Assembly: GCF_009914755.1 (NCBI RefSeq)
Contig: NC_060926.1
Direction: 5' to 3' (one strand)
Length of the DNA: 64,000 bases
Source of the DNA: the human T2T-CHM13v2.0 reference genome, Homo sapiens
Part shown: piece by piece, positions 58,449-64,000 of the stretch
Layout of the letters: each line of letters begins with the position of its first letter
Position numbering within the stretch: the first letter of the stretch is position 1
The notes under the pieces: generated by a model
What the model saw: only the letters and a program-made list of their open reading frames with translations
Database searches by the model: none
Told to the model about the DNA's origin: nothing
Made by a program: the position numbers and the translations under genes

Positions 58449-60819
58449 GGCCCTCCCCCATGGCCAATGACCTAGCCTGTCTCCCTTATTAGCTCTACCC
58501 GTTAATCTTCTGCGTGGGTCCATATTCTTGATGTCCGGGCTGGCTCCCTAATGGGTCATGTTCCTTTACATCCATATGCCTTCGCTCACTTTCTAACTTT
58601 GTTTGAACTTCCTCTTCTCCCCACCACATCCCACTTACTGGCTGGCTCTGGTGAAAGTTCCCCTCCTCTTGGAAACAGTCCCTGAGGTGATTGCCTGTCG
58701 CTTCCTCCTTGTTCCAGGCACCTTGTGCTCACATTCAGTACAGACTAATTTTCCATTGTTCTCTCTAGGACAGGAACTCCTCTTTGCTGTCCCCAGCACA
58801 GAGCTCAATGACTAGCCTCAGTGGATAAATGTCTGTCAAATTGTGTTTTCATCTTAATCATTCTTTCTTATAAATTTCCAATGCAGATTCACTACCTCAG
58901 CCTTGCAATCATCTGCCTCAGCATTAAGAAGGACTGCAAAACCCAGTAACAGCATGTGCCATGCTTCCTCACTGGAATTTCATCAACCTAAATGACCCAT
59001 ACCTTTGCCCCCTTTTCACGACCCTCCACGCTCTTGTCACAAGAAGCCTCCCCTCCCAGTGTTATTAAGTAATATGACGATTATTGCTTACAACCTACCC
59101 TGTTAGACTGCAATCTCCTTCATGAAAGAAAATGTGACATATTATCTGGAATTCCATCTCTCCTGAGTCCCTATACAGTGTTCCACCCAAAGAAAGACCT
59201 CCAACCCAATGACTGCAGCACTACTTTGCTCCAGGAAAGAGTTCCAACCAGCTGAGATACAATTATTTTACTAATTTGGCCAATATACATCATTGAGTTT
59301 CAAACATTCCAAATGTTCCTGGAGACCATCCTCTTCTCAGTTAAGAGGCAGAGGGAAAACAAGATCATGAATCCCTTTTCTAATCATGAGCAATAAGAGA
59401 AACAAAAATGTCCTGGTTTTATCAGTTACATCAGAGGACCACCATGAATCCCTGATGAGAGCAGGATGTTGAAGGAGCGACCAGGGCTGATGTCAGGTCG
59501 CCTGCCTATGAGAGCAAGGCAGAACCAGGGCTCTGGCACACCTGCTTTGTTCCCCTGCTACCGACAGGCTTGCTATTTCTTTCAAAGATTTTCTCATGGA
59601 CCATCACAAGTGAAAGCAGTGTTAGAAAACAGCTTCAGGGCTTGGGGAGGCAGCGTTGTTTTAGACTGGCTGGAAAGTCATGCTGAGCAGCAAGAGGACA
59701 GATCTCTTTTAGAGGAGACAGCCCCACCTGGCTGCACCCTCCAAGGAGGCCACAGGGCATATCATCCAGGTGGGTCAGGTGGCACTGGGGCTCACAGTCA
59801 AGCCATCATCAGGTTACTGCCTCTGTTTCATCACTGTGAAAGTTAAGCCATGATCCAGGTCTCTGGGTCTTCCTGAGCAAGTCAATGCAGAGCCAAAGCC
59901 TGTGCACAAATGAATAACCTCACAAGGATGAGAGCTGTGTGTGATTGATGGCTCTACACAAACCATCTCAGCAAAGGAGTTCAGTAAGAGCCTTGTGAGC
60001 ATATGACACTCTCCAGCTCTACTAAAGTGATAGATGGGTTCACACGGAAGCTACTAAATGGGCCTCATTGCAAAGGCATGGCTTCAACCATAGCTGGACT
60101 TCAGGGAGCACAGTGTTTTCAACATATACCTTGGAAAATTCCTCACTCATAAGTAAAGATTACATATGCAGGGGCCCAGTGAATGCTTGCCTAAAAGACA
60201 GTGTAATGCTAAGCAAAATAGTCTGTTAATAGGAAAAGAAATATCATGATTTTAATTCTGGAGTGCTAAGTCGCCTAATCTTCAATGTTCTGTGTTCAGA
60301 TGACAGGCAGGAAGCTGAGCTAGAGTTTATGCTTGTCCAATTAATCAAATAACCTCCATGCCACTTATCCTTGGAACTGGCATTAGAAAAGCCCCCACGT
60401 GCCCCCAAATCATATAAATTTCACAGTTTCCTAGTCATTAAATCCAGGTTGGCCTAATGCTGACGTGTCATATTTTGACATGTAGCCACAAGGGATATAC
60501 AGTCAAAATTAAGAGGAGACCCTGAGCTAAAACTGGCATGCCCTACTCGGAGGAACAATTTATGCCCACACATAGATAAAACTGCATGTATCTTCTCCAA
60601 ATGATGAATATTAAACTGTTAGAAACATAGGGAGATATAATTCATTGACTCATTTTGCATAAAACATTTCTTTTAGCTTTCAACCAAACATATAGAAGGG
60701 ATATTTGCATCATCACAAGTACACAGGCTATTATTACATGTAATTACATGCAGACTTTCAATACTACTATCACAATGGTATTTATTGAATAAACCTGCAG
60801 CATTAATAAAATCATATTT

Positions 60820-61385
60820 TCCCTGGCTTTAAACCCTACATGGCTTCCCCATGCACTTACTATAAACGTTTATCCAACCCCTCACATCGCCTCCAAGGCT
60901 CTCTGAGCCCATCTCTACCACCCCCACACCATCCCAACCTCTCCAGCCCCCGGCCCGGCCCCACCATCACTCATTCTGCCCTGCCACACTGGCCTTCTTC
61001 CTTTGTTCTTTGTCTCTTGAACAAGCTAAGAGAAAGGCCCTTGTCCCCGCTGTTTTCTTTGTTTGAAAGGCTTTCTCCCGAAACCTCCGTGCAGTAGTTA
61101 ACTCTCCGATCTCAGGTCAAATGTCACCCCACAGAGGGCCCTCCGCAGCCACCCCAGCGAGTGCTGCCTTTCACCTGCAATCACCATTATGCGCCCCGCA
61201 CTCACTTCATTTTCTCTAGAGCATAAGTATATTCCAATCTGAAATATATTGTTTTTTTTCTGATTATCCGGACCACAAATATATAAGCTCCAATAAGAAA
61301 GTAGTTTGCTTCCACTACAGGGTCTAGAACTGTGTCTGACACACAATAGATCCACCACAAGCATTTGTTACACAGATGAATGCTG
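60820..61385 (+). mobile_element. L2 3' fragment
   Basis: atggcttcccc, ccacactggccttc, tctcaggtcaaatgtcacc, ctgacacacaataga...gatgaatg. Confidence 0.65.
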
Positions 61386-63671
61386 TGCTAGAAGGTGGAT
61401 AAAGCAAGTTACAGACATGGCAGCCTACCCACTGGGTGCTAATGATTGAGAAACAAGTGGACAAATAGCCAAGAAACACAGAAAAAAAAATTTAGCAGCT
61501 GCATACTTAATTATGATTAAGTAATCAAAGTTAGTTGAACATATCAAACGTGAATAAATTATTAAGTCAAGACATGTCATATGGAAATGCTAATGACCTA
61601 GGCTGGGAAAGCTCTCTGAGGTTTGAGAATGAGGAACTTTATGAAGTTTCTAACATGGTCCCTGCTATGGCACCTAACTGCCTAGAACATCAGAGTTGCT
61701 TAATAAATACTGCTGAATTTTGCAATTCTTAAACTAAGAAAATGTTAAAATATTATTTTAGCTTTCTTAGTGAATATTTTTAAAGACCACTTGTCTATAA
61801 TTTGTACTGATGTTTTTCTCGGTATAAATACCAGATATATGAGTATGAAACTTAAATAGTAGAAAAATCATCCATGGATGCAGGTAAGACACAACCCAGA
61901 AGAATTTTTTTTTTTTTAAACACAGAGAATTTTTTTTTAGCCTGACAAATTTCAAAGAGGCTTTGCAAGTGCAAACAGACTTCAGCTTTTTCACATTCCT
62001 ATGCCCAGAAACTGGGACGTGAAAATGCCAGGAACCCTTTCAATAACTAGACTATGTGATAGATGCAGGAGAAACTCTCCAACCACCAAGATTACTCCTA
62101 TGGAGCTGCCAAAGAACCAGATGCTTCCTTCAAAAGCATATCAATTTGGCGGTGAAAAACCCTGTGGCCTCAGCTCCAGTCGGGAAGGGCAGGTGGGATG
62201 GCATGGTGCGGGATGCCTGTTCCCACTTGCCTCAGCAACCATCTTCTTCTGACAGCAAAACTGTGTTACTCCCAGGCTTGAAGGCATGAGCAAAATACAT
62301 GGCTTTGCTATATATAAGGACGGGACTTGGAAATATTTGGTCTGAGGCCATGCAAAATGAATTCCATACATGGGGAGACTGTAATATCGAAAAAGATGAA
62401 AATAGTTTCACTGCACTTGAAATTTTTATCTTCAAAGAAATTGAACATAGATGAAGGAAAAAATAGCTGCATTTAAAAAAAAAGTTTCATAATGCAGGAC
62501 GTTAGAAAATAAAACTTTTTTTAACCAATACATATAACAAAGAGCAATTGTTTTTATGACTGCCATCTACCAAACCATCAACTGTGAAATCTTTCTCTTT
62601 AATCACGAGTTTTTAAAGGCTCTATTCATGTGCATCCATTTTCACAAACTCTTGTGAAACTAGCATGACCTGGCTTGAAATAATAAACCCAAAGGGTTTC
62701 TGTTGTAGTTGTTGTTGAGGCATTAGTGTTTTTATTTTTTTAAGAAAGCCAGGACTTCATTTCTGCATATGAAGCTCCTCGTGGTGTTCATCCTCACTTA
62801 AATTTGCAGCCAAAATTATTTTTTCAGTCTCTTTAACCCTGGTGGGCCCCCTGAGAGCATGTGTGTTCTGGGCTTTTGTAATTAGGCAGCTTGCACCTGA
62901 GCGTCTCCATCTCTAGTAATTAGAGCTCACCGCGGCAGTTTCCTTCCCAGCCGATCTGGCCATGGGGCCAGGAATGAACACATGGAGGAGTGATGAGGGT
63001 GGTGTGCGGCTGTCTTGACCTCTTCTGCACCTTACCCTACTTCAGGATGGCAGGGTTCTCAGTTACACCAGGGGTGCCTGAAAGGCAGGACCCGCATCCT
63101 CCATTCTACCCTCTCAGCACCGAGCAGGATCCCCTCTCGTGGAAAACAGCTCACCCCGTGTATTCATGCACAGCTATGTATTTTGAGGGAAGTGGCTCTT
63201 TCTGTTTTCATCTGTCACTGTCCACTAAGATACAAATAAAGAGAAAACCTCTGCATCTCTAAATGAAAACACTGAACGTATTCAGAATAGCTCCGTTTCA
63301 CAACCCCCTTCCATCTATCTACCCAAGTCATAGAGTGCAATGAACCTCAATGTCTTTTTTTCAAGCTGTTTTTCATTCTAAACACCTAAGTTGACTTTCC
63401 TGTCCCACTGCAGTAGCCAACAGCTAAAAATAAAATGAATTTCCCTGGGCAATATATAGAAAGGCATACTCTCTCACTTTTTTCCTTCGTGGGCTAGACA
63501 GATGCTTGCTGGTTCACTTGCCAATAATGATCGACCTGGCACTCGACTGAGCCTTCAAAACACTAAACATATCAAAGGCCCCAGGTTAACCTCTGAGATT
63601 TACTTTGGAGTAATTAATAGGTTTATAGTCCTTAAAATAATCTATGGATGTGCCAAAGAAAACTGTACAAC

Positions 63672-63740
63672 AGTACTGTCCGTTTAGAGGCCCCATCAAA
63701 CATGGGGGATGTCTGATGGGGCCTCGAAATGGACAGTACT
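63672..63740. repeat. 32-bp imperfect inverted repeat (29/32 complementary) with 5-nt loop
   Basis: AGTACTGTCCGTTTAGAGGCCCCATCAAACAT-ggggg-ATGTCTGATGGGGCCTCGAAATGGACAGTACT. Confidence 0.93.
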
Positions 63741-64000
63741 ATTTCTAAACCTGGGGGATACTCCACAGCAGCCTCGCTGTCCAGCAAGTCAGACCATCAC
63801 GTCAAGCAGACATGAAGAGAGAGATGGGAACAAGCTAGGGGGATGTGGACAAGACGGCAATCTGCTTTGGGAAGAAGAGCATCAGCCCACAGCATCTTTT
63901 TTAATCTTTCCAACAGAGGCTCCAAAGCACCTCCTCAGCCCAACCAGCCTCCCTGATGAAACTCAGGGCTGTGGCTGGTCAGGAAGAGAAATGAAAGGAA

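Overview
Primate (human-like) genomic DNA lying entirely inside AFF3 (LAF4; AF4/FMR2 family member 3), which is transcribed on the minus strand. Three constitutive coding exons are present (27831-27951, 26167-26479, 25651-26036; about residues 18-291, covering the P-TEFb-binding N-terminus and the SIAH degron KPTAYVRPM), plus the 75-nt in-frame cassette exon of the longer isoform (30517-30591). All have canonical AG/GT ends and consistent phases. The rest is intron: about 20 Alus (many with visible TSDs), THE1/MLT1 LTRs, L1PB/L1M, L2, MIR and simple repeats, including a 1.26-kb (GGT/GAT)n tract and a 36-bp AT minisatellite. No prokaryotic features, RNA genes or CRISPR arrays are seen, and most ORFs in the track are repeat-derived or chance. 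The best leads are all inferences needing RNA or alignment data: an in-frame, stop-free 105-nt candidate exon at 29037-29141; an inverted-Alu-flanked 699-nt exon pair that would form a stop-free circular ORF; a recursive-splice-like CAG|GTAAGT site at 38369; and two strong inverted repeats in apparently unique sequence (33130-33175, 63672-63740).
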